Both the position numbers and the translations under genes were made by a program. Of a stretch of 64,000 nucleotides of DNA, positions 11,718 to 24,400 are shown piece by piece. The DNA comes from Azolla caroliniana (lineage: Eukaryota > Plantae > Polypodiophyta). The notes below the pieces were generated by a model. The model was not told the DNA's origin, did no database searches, and saw only the letters and a list, made by a program, of their open reading frames with translations. The first letter of the stretch is position 1. The number at the start of each line of letters is the position of its first letter. The stretch is taken from NCBI GenBank assembly GCA_043228905.1, contig JBHGNT010000005.1, forward strand, positions 12,586,001-12,650,000, given 5' to 3'.

Positions 11718-14700
11718 ATGGAAGGCGGCGGTAGTGGGCCTCCGGGCATGATGGTGCTGAATGCACAGAACTACGCCGACTGGAAGATAAAGATGGAGGA
11801 TCTGCTCATTGTTCGGGACCTGTATGAACCGATCGACAGGTCGGAAATTCCCAAGGGGGTACTTGAGACGGAATGGAGGCTCCTGAACCGGAAAGCCGTA
11901 GCGACGATCCGGCAATATGTCGATGTAAGCGTCCTACAACATGTGGCGAACGATACCAACGCATATGAGATGTGGAAGAAGCTGTCGGGCCTCTACAAGA
12001 GGAAGAACGCGTTGAACCGGACCTCCCTGATGAGGAAGATAGTGAACCTCAAGTACCGGGACGGCGAGAGTATGGTGGAACACGTAAGCACGTTCATGGG
12101 ATTCGTGAACCAGCTTGCGGCGATCAAGTTCCCGTTGGAGGATGCAATGCAAGCCATCATTCTGATGTGTACATTGCCGGAAAGCTGGGAGAACTTGGTG
12201 GTGACTCTCAGCACCTCCTGCACCGAAGATAACTTGTCTCTACAAACGGTAAAGACAAGTATTTTGAACGAAGAAGCGCGTCGGAGAGATAAAGAACCGG
12301 CCTCCGACTCGAAGGCGCTGCTTACCGAATCGGAACGGGGAAGACAACGGAACCGGAGTCCGCAGAGACGGGAGAAGTCAGGGACCCGGTCGCAGTCAAG
12401 AGGAAGGCCCACATGCTTCCATTGTGGGAAGCCGGGGCACTTCCGGAAGAATTGTCGACATTACCGAAAAGACAACGGAGCCGTCGACACCGATTCGAAG
12501 AAGTCACCGGAGCGAAACGGTGCATACCGGGGAGCCACGGACCGGAGAGGTCCGGATCGGCGAGGGCAGGACCGGAAAGGAACGACGGCACTCGCGGCAA
12601 GTGAAGAAGAGATAATGCTCATTACCGAAGAGAGGGAGCTGAACCTTGCCGGTGAAGAGATGACCTGGGTGGTCGATTCCGGAGCGTCGTTCCACCTGAC
12701 CCCGGAGAAGAAATACTTCTCATCCTACACAGCCGGGGAGCACGGCTGTGTCCGGATGGGAAATGAAGGTACATGCCGGATTGCCGGCATAGGAGATGTG
12801 TGGCTGATGACATCAACCGGATGCAAGATGCTGCTGAAGGATGTCCGACACGTTCCGGAGGTTCGATTGAACCTGATTTCGGCCGGGAGGCTAGACGATG
12901 AAGGCTACACGGGTAGCATCCGGAACGGTGTTATGAAGTTCAGCAAAGGGAGCCTGATAGTGGCTCGGGCCCGGAAGGTCAACACGCTGTACCTGATGAA
13001 TTCCCGGCTATGTCCGGAGGAGCTGAACGTGGCAGCCGACACTGCCGGTGAGCTGTGGCACAAGAGACTGTGCCACATGAGTGAGAAGGGGATGAAGAGG
13101 CTTGCAGAAGACAACCTCATTCCAGTGAAGCATGTGCACCTGGAGAAGTGCACCGATTGCCTGGCCGGTAAGCAGAACCGAACCTCCTTCCACTCAAGGC
13201 CACCGACGAGACGTAGCGCACCATTGGAGCTGGTGCACACTGACGTGTGTCAAGTAGAAACGAAGTCACATGGCGGAGCCCAGTACTTCGTGACATTCAT
13301 AGATGATCACAGCCGGAAGCTGTGGACGGCACCGTTGAAGACAAAGGACCAAGTATTGTCCGTCTTTAAAGAACTCCACGCGAGAGTGGAAAGGGAATCC
13401 GGCAAGAAGCTGAAAGCGATACGAGCGGATAACGGAGGGGAATACCGGGGGCAGTTCCAGGAGTACTGTCGCTCGAAGGGAATCCGACTCGAGTTTACTG
13501 TGCCGAAGACGCCGGAACTGAACGGGCTGGCCGAGAGGATGAACCGGACCATAATGGAGAGGGTCCGGAGTATGCTGGCGCATGCGAAATTACCCAAGGG
13601 GTTTTGGGCTGAGGCAATGTCGACGGCGACATATGTGATAAACCGATCACCCTCAGTACCTTTGGACGGAGACACGCCGCAGAAAGTGTGGACCGGTAAG
13701 GAAGTGTCCTACCGGCATCTGAAGGTATTCGGGTGTCTCGCATACGTGCATGTGGCAAAGGACCGGAGAGGAAAGTTAGATCCAAAGACCCAGCCATGCA
13801 TATTCCTCGGTTACGGCGATGACGAGTTCGGCTACCGAGTATGGGACCCGGTCGACAAGAAGATATTCCGGAGTCGTGATATCATCTTCATGGAGAACAA
13901 GACACTCGCCGACTGGGAGTCGGAGAAGAAGATGAAGAGCTCCAAGTCGACCGGTGAGGATCAACTCTACGAAGAGCAGTCCCGACCGGCAAGGGACCGG
14001 TTAGCACTCGAGGATCCGGCCGAAGACGGTGAAGAAACAGAACCGGCCGAGGAAGATGAAACTGATACCGGAACCGGCCCCGATCCCGAAATGGATTCGG
14101 ATGAAGAGGAAACGGAGGAGCCGGTTACCGAAGCTCCGGAACGGAGATATCCTCTAAGAGAGAGAAGGGCCCCCCGGAGATTTCCGGAACCAGAGCACGT
14201 GCTGCTAACCGACGAGGGGGAGCCGGAGAGTTTTGAAGAAGCGAAGCTTGACACCCATAGCCGCAGGTGGTTAAGTGCCATGCAGGAGGAGATGGATTCC
14301 CTGCATGAGAACCACACATATGAACTTGTGGAGTTGCCGAAAGGGAAGCGGGCACTTCGAAATAAGTGGGTGTTCAAGCTGAAACCGGGAGATGCCGGAA
14401 ACCCCCCGAGATACAAAGCCAGGATCGTGGTGAAGGGGTTCCAGCAGAAGAAGGGCGTCGACTTCGACGAGATATTTGCCCCGGTAGTGAAGATGACCTC
14501 CATCCGGACGGTGCTGAGCATAGCGGCAAGCATGGACCTCGAGGTAGAACAGATGGACGTGAAGACGACATTCCTTCACGGTGACCTCGATGAAGAGATC
14601 TACATGAAGCAACCAGAAGGATTCGAGAAGAAAGGAAAGGAGCACCTGGTATGCCGGTTGAAGAAGAGCCTCTACGGTCTGAAGCAGGCTCCCCGGCAAT

Positions 14701-15791
14701 GGTACCGAAAGTTCGACTCCTTCATGACAGACGAAGGGTACCACAAAACGCAGTCCGATCACTGCGTGTTTGTGAAGAAGTTCGAAGGAGGAGACTTTCT
14801 AATACTCCTCCTGTACGTGGACGACATGTTGATCGTCGGACGGGACCAGGTCAAGATACGGATGCTGAAGAAGGCTCTTCACCGAACCTTCTCAATGAAG
14901 GACTTGGGTCCGGCGAGGCAAATACTAGGGATGCACATCATCCAGGACCGGAAGAAGAAGCAGTTGTGGCTGTCACAGGAGAAGTACGTGACGAAGGTGC
15001 TTCACCGGTTCAACATGTCGGAAGCAAGACCGGTCGGATCGACCCTCCCGGCAAACTGCAAGCTGTCCAGCAAGCAAAGTCCCAAGACAAAGGCTGAAAA
15101 GGAGGATATGATGAAAGTGCCGTATGCCTCAGCCGTCGGGAGCTTGATGTACGCCATGGTGTGTACGAGACCGGACATAGGATATGCAGTCGGAGTGGTG
15201 AGCCGGTACATGAGCAATCCCGGCAAAGAGCACTGGAACGCGGCCAAGTGGATACTCCGATACCTGAAGGGCACGGCAAACGTGTGCCTCCGATTCGGCT
15301 CCGGTAAGCCCGAACTCGACGGCTTTACCGATTCGGATATGTCGGCTGATGCAGATACCAGCCGGTCCACATCAGGGTATGTGATGACGTATGCAGGGGG
15401 AGCTGTTTCGTGGCAGTCGAGGCTGCAGAAGACGGTTGCGTTGTCAACCACGGAGGCGGAGTACATGGCGGCTGTTGAAGCCGGCAAGGAAATAATATGG
15501 ATGAAGGACTTCACTAGAGAGCTCGGTATCCGGCAGGAGGAGTACCGACTCTACTGCGACAGTCAGAGTGCCATCCACCTTGCGAAGAATGCGGCCTATC
15601 ACTCCCGGACGAATCACATCCAGCGGAGATACCACTGGATCCGGGAAAGGATAGAAGACAAGGAGTTCGTGCTGACGAAGATCCACACGGACGAGAACGG
15701 GTCGGATATGCTGACCAAGGTACTTACACCCGACAAGTTGGAAGCATGCCGGAAGAGGATCGGATTGGAGAGACATCCCATGCCGAAGTGA
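11718..15791 (+). CDS. Copia gag-pol polyprotein (gag zinc knuckle, PR, IN, RT, RNase H), uninterrupted
   Basis: CFHCGKPGHFRKNC, VDSGASFH, WHKRLCH, DNGGEY, YVDD and TDSD motifs in one frame. Confidence 0.97.
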   Translation: MEGGGSGPPGMMVLNAQNYADWKIKMEDLLIVRDLYEPIDRSEIPKGVLETEWRLLNRKAVATIRQYVDVSVLQHVANDTNAYEMWKKLSGLYKRKNALNRTSLMRKIVNLKYRDGESMVEHVSTFMGFVNQLAAIKFPLEDAMQAIILMCTLPESWENLVVTLSTSCTEDNLSLQTVKTSILNEEARRRDKEPASDSKALLTESERGRQRNRSPQRREKSGTRSQSRGRPTCFHCGKPGHFRKNCRHYRKDNGAVDTDSKKSPERNGAYRGATDRRGPDRRGQDRKGTTALAASEEEIMLITEERELNLAGEEMTWVVDSGASFHLTPEKKYFSSYTAGEHGCVRMGNEGTCRIAGIGDVWLMTSTGCKMLLKDVRHVPEVRLNLISAGRLDDEGYTGSIRNGVMKFSKGSLIVARARKVNTLYLMNSRLCPEELNVAADTAGELWHKRLCHMSEKGMKRLAEDNLIPVKHVHLEKCTDCLAGKQNRTSFHSRPPTRRSAPLELVHTDVCQVETKSHGGAQYFVTFIDDHSRKLWTAPLKTKDQVLSVFKELHARVERESGKKLKAIRADNGGEYRGQFQEYCRSKGIRLEFTVPKTPELNGLAERMNRTIMERVRSMLAHAKLPKGFWAEAMSTATYVINRSPSVPLDGDTPQKVWTGKEVSYRHLKVFGCLAYVHVAKDRRGKLDPKTQPCIFLGYGDDEFGYRVWDPVDKKIFRSRDIIFMENKTLADWESEKKMKSSKSTGEDQLYEEQSRPARDRLALEDPAEDGEETEPAEEDETDTGTGPDPEMDSDEEETEEPVTEAPERRYPLRERRAPRRFPEPEHVLLTDEGEPESFEEAKLDTHSRRWLSAMQEEMDSLHENHTYELVELPKGKRALRNKWVFKLKPGDAGNPPRYKARIVVKGFQQKKGVDFDEIFAPVVKMTSIRTVLSIAASMDLEVEQMDVKTTFLHGDLDEEIYMKQPEGFEKKGKEHLVCRLKKSLYGLKQAPRQWYRKFDSFMTDEGYHKTQSDHCVFVKKFEGGDFLILLLYVDDMLIVGRDQVKIRMLKKALHRTFSMKDLGPARQILGMHIIQDRKKKQLWLSQEKYVTKVLHRFNMSEARPVGSTLPANCKLSSKQSPKTKAEKEDMMKVPYASAVGSLMYAMVCTRPDIGYAVGVVSRYMSNPGKEHWNAAKWILRYLKGTANVCLRFGSGKPELDGFTDSDMSADADTSRSTSGYVMTYAGGAVSWQSRLQKTVALSTTEAEYMAAVEAGKEIIWMKDFTRELGIRQEEYRLYCDSQSAIHLAKNAAYHSRTNHIQRRYHWIRERIEDKEFVLTKIHTDENGSDMLTKVLTPDKLEACRKRIGLERHPMPK

Positions 15792-18700
15792 AGGGGGAGT
15801 TTGTTGGGATTTCGGTCCCTCCGGATGGGATGTCCGGAGATGAATGACGGCAAGCCCGGTTGCGGTTACGGAACCGGATGATGAATAGTACCCGGCGTGA
15901 AGCCGGATGAAGAGACCCTGACTACGGAGCCGGATGCTGAAGACCCCGGTTACGGAGCCGGATGACGAAGACCCGGCTACGGAGCCGAATGCTGAAGACC
16001 CCGGTTACGGAGCCGGATGACGAAGACCCGGCTACGGAACCGGATGCTGAAGACCCCGGTTACGGAGCCGGATGACGAAGACCCGGCTACGGAGCCGGAT
16101 GATGAAGATCCCGGTTACGGAGCCGGATGACGAATGTACCCGGAGAGAGATCCGGATGCGGGGACATATTTGTGAATATGTTTGCCAAGAGCCCCTTGAG
16201 GCTATATTTGTAAATAGCCCGAAAGTCATATGTGTATAAATATGACTTAGGGCAAACAGTTTTTGTTGTTGCTTATTTTTTCTGTTTTTCACCTAGAGAG
16301 AGTGAAGAGAGCAGCCGCGAGAGAGGGAGAGAGAGAGAGAGACGAAGAGGTCGTTGCCTCTGTGTATTACCGCCGCCTGTGGCGAAGACAGTGAGCTCAA
16401 GGTTGTTGCCTTGAAGCTTCACCATTGTACATCCCTGTTCATAGTGATAGTTGGAGTTTGAGGACTCCCGTGGTTTTTCCCATTTAGGGTTTTCCACGAA
16501 AAATATCCTGTGTACTCTTCTCTCTACAGTCTCCGTGTACATTGTATTTCCTATTTTCTGTGAGTTGATCCTATTCCTCGGTTGTGGCCGAGCATCGTTT
16601 TACAACATGGATGAATTCCAACACCATCGGGAAGAGCAAGACGATAGGCTGATGACCCAATGCGTTTGAGGACTGTAAAAGGTCCACAAAACCGTGGGGC
16701 TAACTTAGCACACTTACCCGTAGACAATGTCTTAGAATTGTGAGGTACACGTAAAAATACCTTCTGTCCAGGGTTGAATACACGAGGTTGCCTATGATGA
16801 TCGGCATAAAAACACGCTCTATCTTGAGTTGTTTTTATATTATCTCGTGCAATATGCAACATATCTTGCATATCCCGAAGAAAGTTTTGCGTACTTCGCA
16901 ACTCATCATGATGTATATTAACATCAATCGGGGCTCGTGGCTGAAAACCATACATCAACATAAAAGGACTATATCCCGTCGACGTATGCTTGGAGCTGTT
17001 ATAAGCAAACTCCAAAATTGGGAGATAACGTTCCCATTTTGTTGGTTTTGCACCAACGTATGCTCGAAGCATGTCCTCAATAATTTGATTTACTCGTTCT
17101 GTCTGTCCATCGGATTGAGGATGATCCGTGGAGCTCATGCTCAACGTAGTTTCTGACTTCTTAAAGACTTGCGTCCATAAGTCACTAGTAAACTTTGGAT
17201 CTCGACCACTCATGATATCCATCGGTAACCCATAAAAACGAAATAATTCGTCAACGAATTGGTAAGCCAATTCAGGAGCTGTTACCGTGGTTTTAGTAGC
17301 AATAAATCTGGCCATTTTAGTTAGTCGATCAACAACAACCCAGATGGCATCATGACCTTTTTGGGTGCGAGGAAGGTTAACAATAAAATCCATGGATATA
17401 CTTTCCCACTTATTATTGGGAATGTCCAAGGGATGTAAAAGTCCTGCGGCTTTAAGTCGCTCGGCTTTGTTAACCTGACACTGGTGACATTTAGTCACAT
17501 AACTATGTATGTCAGGATGCATCTTAGGCCAATAAAATTGAGTGCAGATGAGAACGAGTGTACGATGTGTTCCAAGATGCCTTGCTGAGGGTGCATCATG
17601 GTATTAAAAAAGAATCCTCTTTTTGACCTCAGGTAAATCTGGAACACAAACCTTCCCATTACGGTAGAGCAAACCGTTAGCAATGTGGAAGTATTCCTTC
17701 GAGGATGTGATGGTGTCTGTTCCAGACTCAACTCTTGCCCAGTATTTTGCAAAATAACTGTCATTAGGATACTTTCCTTGAAGGTGATCATAAAGATTTG
17801 ATGTTATTTCAATGAAGCTAAGCATGTTAACTTCACGGATGCGACTTAGTGCATCAGCAACAGTGTTCATGGAACCTTTACGATATCGTATGGAATAATC
17901 AAAGTCTTGGATGAGATCAGCCCATCGTGCCTTACGACCTTTCAGATCTTGTTGGTCACAAAAATATTTCAAGGACTCGTGGTCCGTAGTTACCACAAAG
18001 AGATTTCCATAAAGATAATGGCGCCATGTTTTGAGCGCATGTATAACTGCAAATAATTCCTTTTCTTGAACGGTATACTGACATTGAGCAGAATCAAGTT
18101 TCTTAATCTCGAATGCTATTGGTTTACCATCTTGATACAAAACAACACCTATAGCATAATCGCTTGCATCGGTTTCAACCTCAAAAGGTTTTGAAGGATC
18201 AGGTAAAAGCAGTGAAGGAGCCTTGCAAACCAGGTCCTTGAGTTCCTTAAAGGCAAGGTCTAGTGTAGCATTCCACACAATAGGTTTTCTAGACTTACGC
18301 GTTTGACCTTTTAAAAGATCAGTAAACGGCGTCGTCAATTGGGAGTAATTACGAAGAGACTTTTGCAAAAACCCGGCAAAACCAAGGAATGATCGAACTT
18401 CTTGAATATTCCGAAGAGTGGGCCAAAGCTTGATTTTCTCAATGCGAGAAGGATCAATTTCAACTCCTCGTTCGGTTATGAGATGTCCAAGATAAGTAAC
18501 TGTTTGTCACGCAATGTTTGTAAAACAAAGCGGACATGTCTAGCATGTTCTTGTAATGTACGGCTATAAACTAAAATATCATCTAAGAAAATAATGACAA
18601 ATTTTCCAAGTTGTTCTCGGAAAATGTCATTCATTTCTTGTTGAAATGTAGTCGGAGCATTGGTCAAACCAAAAGGCATAACCAAAAACTCGTAATGGCC

Positions 18701-21493
18701 ATAGCGCGTACAAAATGCCGTTTTAGGAACATCGTCCTCACTTATTCGTATTTGATGGTAGCCAGTACGGAGATCAAGTTTCGTAAAATACCGAGCTCCC
18801 TGGAGACAGTCAATTAGATCGTCAGCCTGGGGCAACGGGTACGAATTCTTGATCGTCACTTTATTCAAGCGTCGGTAATTAATACACATACGCTTTTCTT
18901 TTTAACCAAGAGAACTGGTGCACCCCATGGAGATTTACTATAACGTATATAACCCATTCGTAAATAGTCCTTGAGTTGCTTAGATACCTCATCTTCTTCG
19001 GATCGACTTAAGTGATACGGAGGTATACTTATTGGTGCAACACTAGGTACAATATCTATAAGATGGTCTATATTACGTTTAGGAGGTAACCCATCAGGTA
19101 GTTCACTTGGAAAAACATCATGAAAATCATTTAAGATTTCATCAAGTTGTTGTTCAAAATATGTTAATGGTACCGAGACATTATCGATATTATAAACGTG
19201 AATGTCCGGATCAAGTACACAATAAAATAGAGTAGAAAACGTGATGGACACGAGGAAACAATTGAGAGGGATTGTTTTTTTACACATTGAATAAAATGCG
19301 TACAATCGTTCAGTACAAAAGAAATGGAATGACGAACCCAATCAATAAATAAAGAAGAGTTTTTATTATAAAACCAAGGATAACCCAGTATTACATCGGT
19401 GGTACAAAGATTCATTACATGGAAGTCTACTTCCTTTATATAAGTATCAATAGAAATTCCTAATGAATGAATCGCCCCGTTGATGTATTGTACTCTTCCA
19501 TCAACCAAGTGCACCGTGTAGGTGTGATCACTTACGGTGGGTTGGATTCCCCATATCTGAACCAAACGATCATTCACAAAATTGTGTGAGCTTCCCGAAT
19601 CAAATAAAAATTGTAGGGGAGATCCATTGATATACCCGTTTGCACGTAGTAAATCATTGGGACCCAATACATAGTGAGGGAAAGAACATTGACAATTACT
19701 TAAATGATGTGTATAGACCTGAAGGACATTAGGAATCTGACCTTTATGGTCTGCAACTTTAGCTTTGTTGTCGTGCTCTTTCTGTTGGAGCTTTCGACAT
19801 TGATATTTTGTATGACCCTTCTTTTTGCAGAATACGCAAAAAGGATGTTGTCGCTTACAATCCCGATCCAGGAATTCGTTGGGTGTCTTGCGTTTCCCAA
19901 CAAATTGCGACTGCTTAGTCCCGGGCGCTTCGTTGGGTTTGTTGTGGTCCTTCTTCGAAGTGCGTTGATAGCGAAGAACTATTTCAACGGCCTCTTCGAA
20001 GGATTTTGGATCCTTATCGTGCACTATCTAGTGATAGTCTGAATTGGGGATGCCATTGACAAAACAAGCTATCAACCAATTGTCCCCTTCTAGACCCGAT
20101 TTTTGGATTTGGGTTCTAACATGGTGAACATAGTCTTCTAGCGAGGAAAATTTCTTGCTAGAGAGGTTCATTAAAGCTTGTGCTGCCTCAGTTCGAGAGG
20201 GAGGTTGCAAAAATTGGCCCTTAAAAACCGTGAAAAAATCTGTCCAGGTATCGGGCAATTTCCCCATAGTACGGAGCCCACGCCACCAGGCAGCGACCTT
20301 ACCCCCGAGTTCTCGGCCGACATATGCAATCTTCGTACTATCTGGCATGGGATAGAGCTCAAAATGAGACTCCCATCGGCCCAGCCACGTGCAGATTGCT
20401 TCTTCGGTTCTTTCCTTTTTGTCTCCCGTAAATGGCTTAACGACAAACGATGGTTCACCCTGTTGCTCATCAGGTCTATTTGTCTCACGTTGTAGACTAA
20501 TGACACGTGCCTTAAGAGCACTTTGAGATTGCCGAAGTTCGGTCATCTGTTGAGCGATGAAACTAAGGTATTGGGTTATTTGTGCCAAATACATCTCAGT
20601 GGACATTTGTCCAGGAGGATTCCCTTGAGTTCCTTTCGCTTGAGCGGATGACATCGGGTCATTAATTTGAGCCATTAAAGATTATTTCTGGAAAAGAAAT
20701 AGGATAAGGTCAGAGAGATAGTCATAACATCATGTCGTGATGTAAACATATCATGGGCAAACATTAATCGATATCATGATCTCACGTCAATACCCCTCTA
20801 GACGTATGAGATAAGGTTCAAGATCAGGTTACTATGGTAACACAAAGGTGTTTTAAAAACTATGGGGATGACAATTTAATGTCTTTCCCTGATCTCTATA
20901 TCGATTTTTTCATGGAGGCTCCCCGAGGCTCAACCATGTATGTTCGCGTCATGAATAGTTTATACACGAAAAAAATGTTAACAATAAACTATGTTTCAGT
21001 GCCCACATATGTGGTTTCGGCTCTTTAAGTCCTATTACGAGGACCCCGAGGTGCACTTAGACCTTAAGTCTAAACATGTGTTATAGTCATATGTATCAAG
21101 GATGTTGTATGGTCTTGGTCATATTTGAACTCGAGACCTCGAAAACAAATACATTAAACACTTGAGCCAACCAAGTAAGTTGCTCTTCTTGAATGCTTAA
21201 TGTTTGATGCGTATAAGAGATATGCGAGGCCATTGATCATATGGGTAAAAGCATGCGAGTGGAAACACTATTATAGCTAATTAGCTACTAAAATGGCCAT
21301 AGCTAATTAGCTATTTGTTTAGCTAGTCTTTCTTGTGGGAAAATCAAATATTTGAAAAACTAATTTATGAAAAAACTCAAATATTTGAACTTCTGTTTCA
21401 GACGTAGTGGAACTTGGGGAATATCACCATCATCTAAGGTCGACTTCAATGTCATCAATTTCCTGTTTAGCCTAAGTCTGATTTTGAACGCAG

Positions 21494-24400
21494 ATGGAGT
21501 ACTCAGAGCACGAACGCAGACGTAGCTCCCGCAACAGCAAAAAATCGACATTGCAGATTGAGAGCTACAACACAGAACCCGCTCGATCATCGTCCAGGTA
21601 TGTTTCAGTTACAGAAACCCCAAACATTTGTTTTTTCTTTTTGACTACTGTCTGAACTTTGGTGCCGATTCATATTTCCCCAAAATCGAATAGGGCGAAG
21701 TCCTTGGAGTCCCATACAAGGATGTCTCGCAAATCGGGGAGTAGCAACAGGTGTGTTTATATTACTTTTTTTGTGTTTAATCCTGTCTTTAGTGATTAGG
21801 GTTTGTGATTGAAATTTCTGATTAGGGTTTGTGATTGAAATTTCTGATTAGGGTTTTTTATTATAAATTTCTGATTAGAATTTCTGAATAGGGTTTCTGG
21901 TTACAAATTTTGATTACAAATTAGAATTTCTGAATAGGGTTTTTGTTTATAAATTTCTGCTTAGGATTTCTGATTAGGGTTTGTGATTGAAATTTTTTAT
22001 TAGGGTTTCTGATTGAAATTTCTGATTAGGGTTTTTGATTATAAATTTCTGATTAGAATTTCTGAATAAGGTTTCTGGTTACAAACTTCTGATTACAGAT
22101 TTTGATTAGGGTTTCTGATTTCAAACTTCTGATTACAGATTTTGATTAGGGTTTTTGATTTCAAATTTCTGAATACAAATTATGATTAGGGTTTCTGATT
22201 TGCTAAGTTAAAGATTTTGCACCATTTTTGTTGTTGTTGATTGGGGTTTTTGATTCTCACATATTCTGATTTTGCACTATTTCTGATTTTTGAAATGATA
22301 TTTCAGATGGCTCGTTCCTCCGTATACGAGAGTGCTAAACTTCGCAAAATTTTGCGAGACAAAGGAGGACTTCCACAACACCTATGGTCTGTCACTCGAG
22401 GGTGTTGACCCTGTTGTCCTAAGTGATAAATTGATCAGTGATATAGACTGGATGACAGTATATACAGTGCCTAGAGTCAAAGGCAAGGTCAAGCTGAAGC
22501 ATGTACGAGCCGACTTGTACGATGACTGCATGAGACTGCACCAGAAAGTTCATCAGGAGATCCCAGTCAACAATGAGTTGTCAGTTTCATTTGCTAGAGC
22601 ATTTGCATATGAGTACTGCAAAACAGTGAAGGAATCTAGAGACCCTGAAATGTATAGGGTAGCTTGGGCAGTCTATGGTGAGGCATCGGTAAAAAGATGC
22701 CGAAAGATGGGGACCTTGGCACAAAAAATAGACAGATTTTGGAGCATGGCAGCTGTTGATGCAACTGCCGACTCCCAGCAAGACCGGGGGCATACACCAC
22801 ACCGACACCCAAGGAAAGCCAATGTCGATGATACAGGTGAGACATTGGTTAGCTATATGCTAAAAAATGTCCATGAAGCCTGTGAGACATTGGCATTTTT
22901 TAAGACTGATTTAGAGAAAGTCACAATGGCTTCTGCAATGGAGAGCAAAGTTACTTCTGCTGTTACAACAATTAGAAATAAGATTCAGGTAACTATTGTT
23001 TTGCTGGTATGTGATTGTGTTATAAATAACGGGTAAAATGTGTTAATCAAGCATTATCTGGAATAGGTTGCGCAACAGGAGCTTGAATTAGAGGGGCCAC
23101 TGGATCCCCAGCGTAAAATAGAACTGCAAATAGAGATCCAGGTTCTTTCAATGAACCTGGACCTTCTAGGTGTAAATACTGTTGCAGATTACAATTTGGA
23201 TAAGCTTCAAGTAAGTTAACGATTCCTGAGCAAAGTTGGTGTATCTTTCAACAACAAGAATAATTAATCGGTAAATTTCTCTGTTGCGTTAAAGGAACAA
23301 TACATTCATCAAGAACAGGTAGTTAGCTGCCTTAAGAAGAAGCTACATTTTGTGGAGGGAATGGTAAGGACCAAACAGGATTTGGACCTGAACATTCTTG
23401 CTCCCTTACCAAATGAAGTAGAACCAGAAAATGATTTATTGACAGTTCAAGCACGTTGCATCGCTTGCGGGTTAGGTGTGGAGGACAAAACTGCGTCTTT
23501 GTTGGTTCACCTACAACCATGCAACCACACATACCATCTGCTTTGTTTTCAACATGCCTGTCGAATTGCTGCATTCTGTTTGGGAGATTGCAGTACAACT
23601 CTACCAAATGAGTGGAGAAAACAAACAGGTATACCATATTGTAGCTAATAAGCTTAGTCTTTTCTAATTAGCTATCCTACTAGCTAATTAGCTACTGGCA
23701 GCTAATGAGCTACTAGCTAATTAGCTATCCTAGTAGCTAATTAGCTATGGTACTAGCTAATTAGCTAGTACCATAGTTGTGTAAAAAAGCTAAATAGCTA
23801 TCCTACTAGCTAATTAGCCACTGGCAACTAATTAGCTATCCTAGTAACTAATTAGCTACTGCCATAGTTGTGTAAAGTAGCTAATAAGCTATCCTAGTAG
23901 CTAGTTAGCTATGGTACTAGCTAATTAGCTAGTACCATAGTTGTGTAAAAAAGCTAATTAGCTATCCTACTAGCTAATTAGCTACTGGCAACTAATTAGC
24001 TATCCTACTAGCTAATTAGCTATCATAGTAGCTAATTAGCTACTGACATAGTTGTGTAAAGTAGCTAATAAGCTATCCTAGTAGCTAGTTAGCTATGGTA
24101 CTAGCTAATTAGCTAGTACCATAGTTGTGTAAAAAAGCTAATTAGCTATCCTACTAGCTAATTAGCTACTGGCAACTAATTAGCTATCCTACTAGCTAAT
24201 TAGCTATCATAGTAGCTAATTAGCTACTGACATAGTTGTGTAAAGTAGCTAATAAGCTATCCTAGTAGCTAATTAGCTACTGGCAGCTAATTAGCTATCC
24301 TAGTAGCTAATTAGCTACTGGCAGCTAATTAGCTGTCCTAGTAGCTAATAAGCTATCCTAGCTACTACATAGTTGAGAAAGTAGCTAATTAGCTTTCATT

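Larger units (their letters stand above)
10882..16607 (+). mobile_element. Intact Ty1/copia family B element: LTRs 10882-11687 and 15802-16607
   Basis: 806-bp LTRs with TG..CA ends and only 3 mismatches seen. TSD TGGAT, PBS 11691-11702, PPT about 15790-15800. Confidence 0.98.
10330..20675 (-). mobile_element. Degenerate Ty3/gypsy chromovirus (family I): gag-PR-RT-RH-IN-chromodomain, PPT and 3' LTR ending at 10593; split by an intact copia
   Basis: gag 20675-20028, CVFCKKKGHTKYQC, FDSGSSHNF, FLDDIL, ETDASDYAIG, IN WESISMDFI..GPF and chromodomain ERILD..FKIKW..ATWE (10580-10880). Frameshifts and stops present. No 5' LTR recognised. Confidence 0.92.

Noticed and set aside
11771-15853. Numerous antisense and alternate-frame ORFs, also at 54025-58124
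   Set aside because: They are shadows of the GC-rich gag-pol frame with no recognisable motifs.
21790-22290. Interstitial telomere
   Set aside because: TTAGGG occurs once per unit of about 26 bp, not as contiguous telomeric repeats.
22307-22410. ATG at 22307 as the gene start
   Set aside because: That frame stops after about 33 codons. The long frame is entered by splicing at TTTCAG|A.
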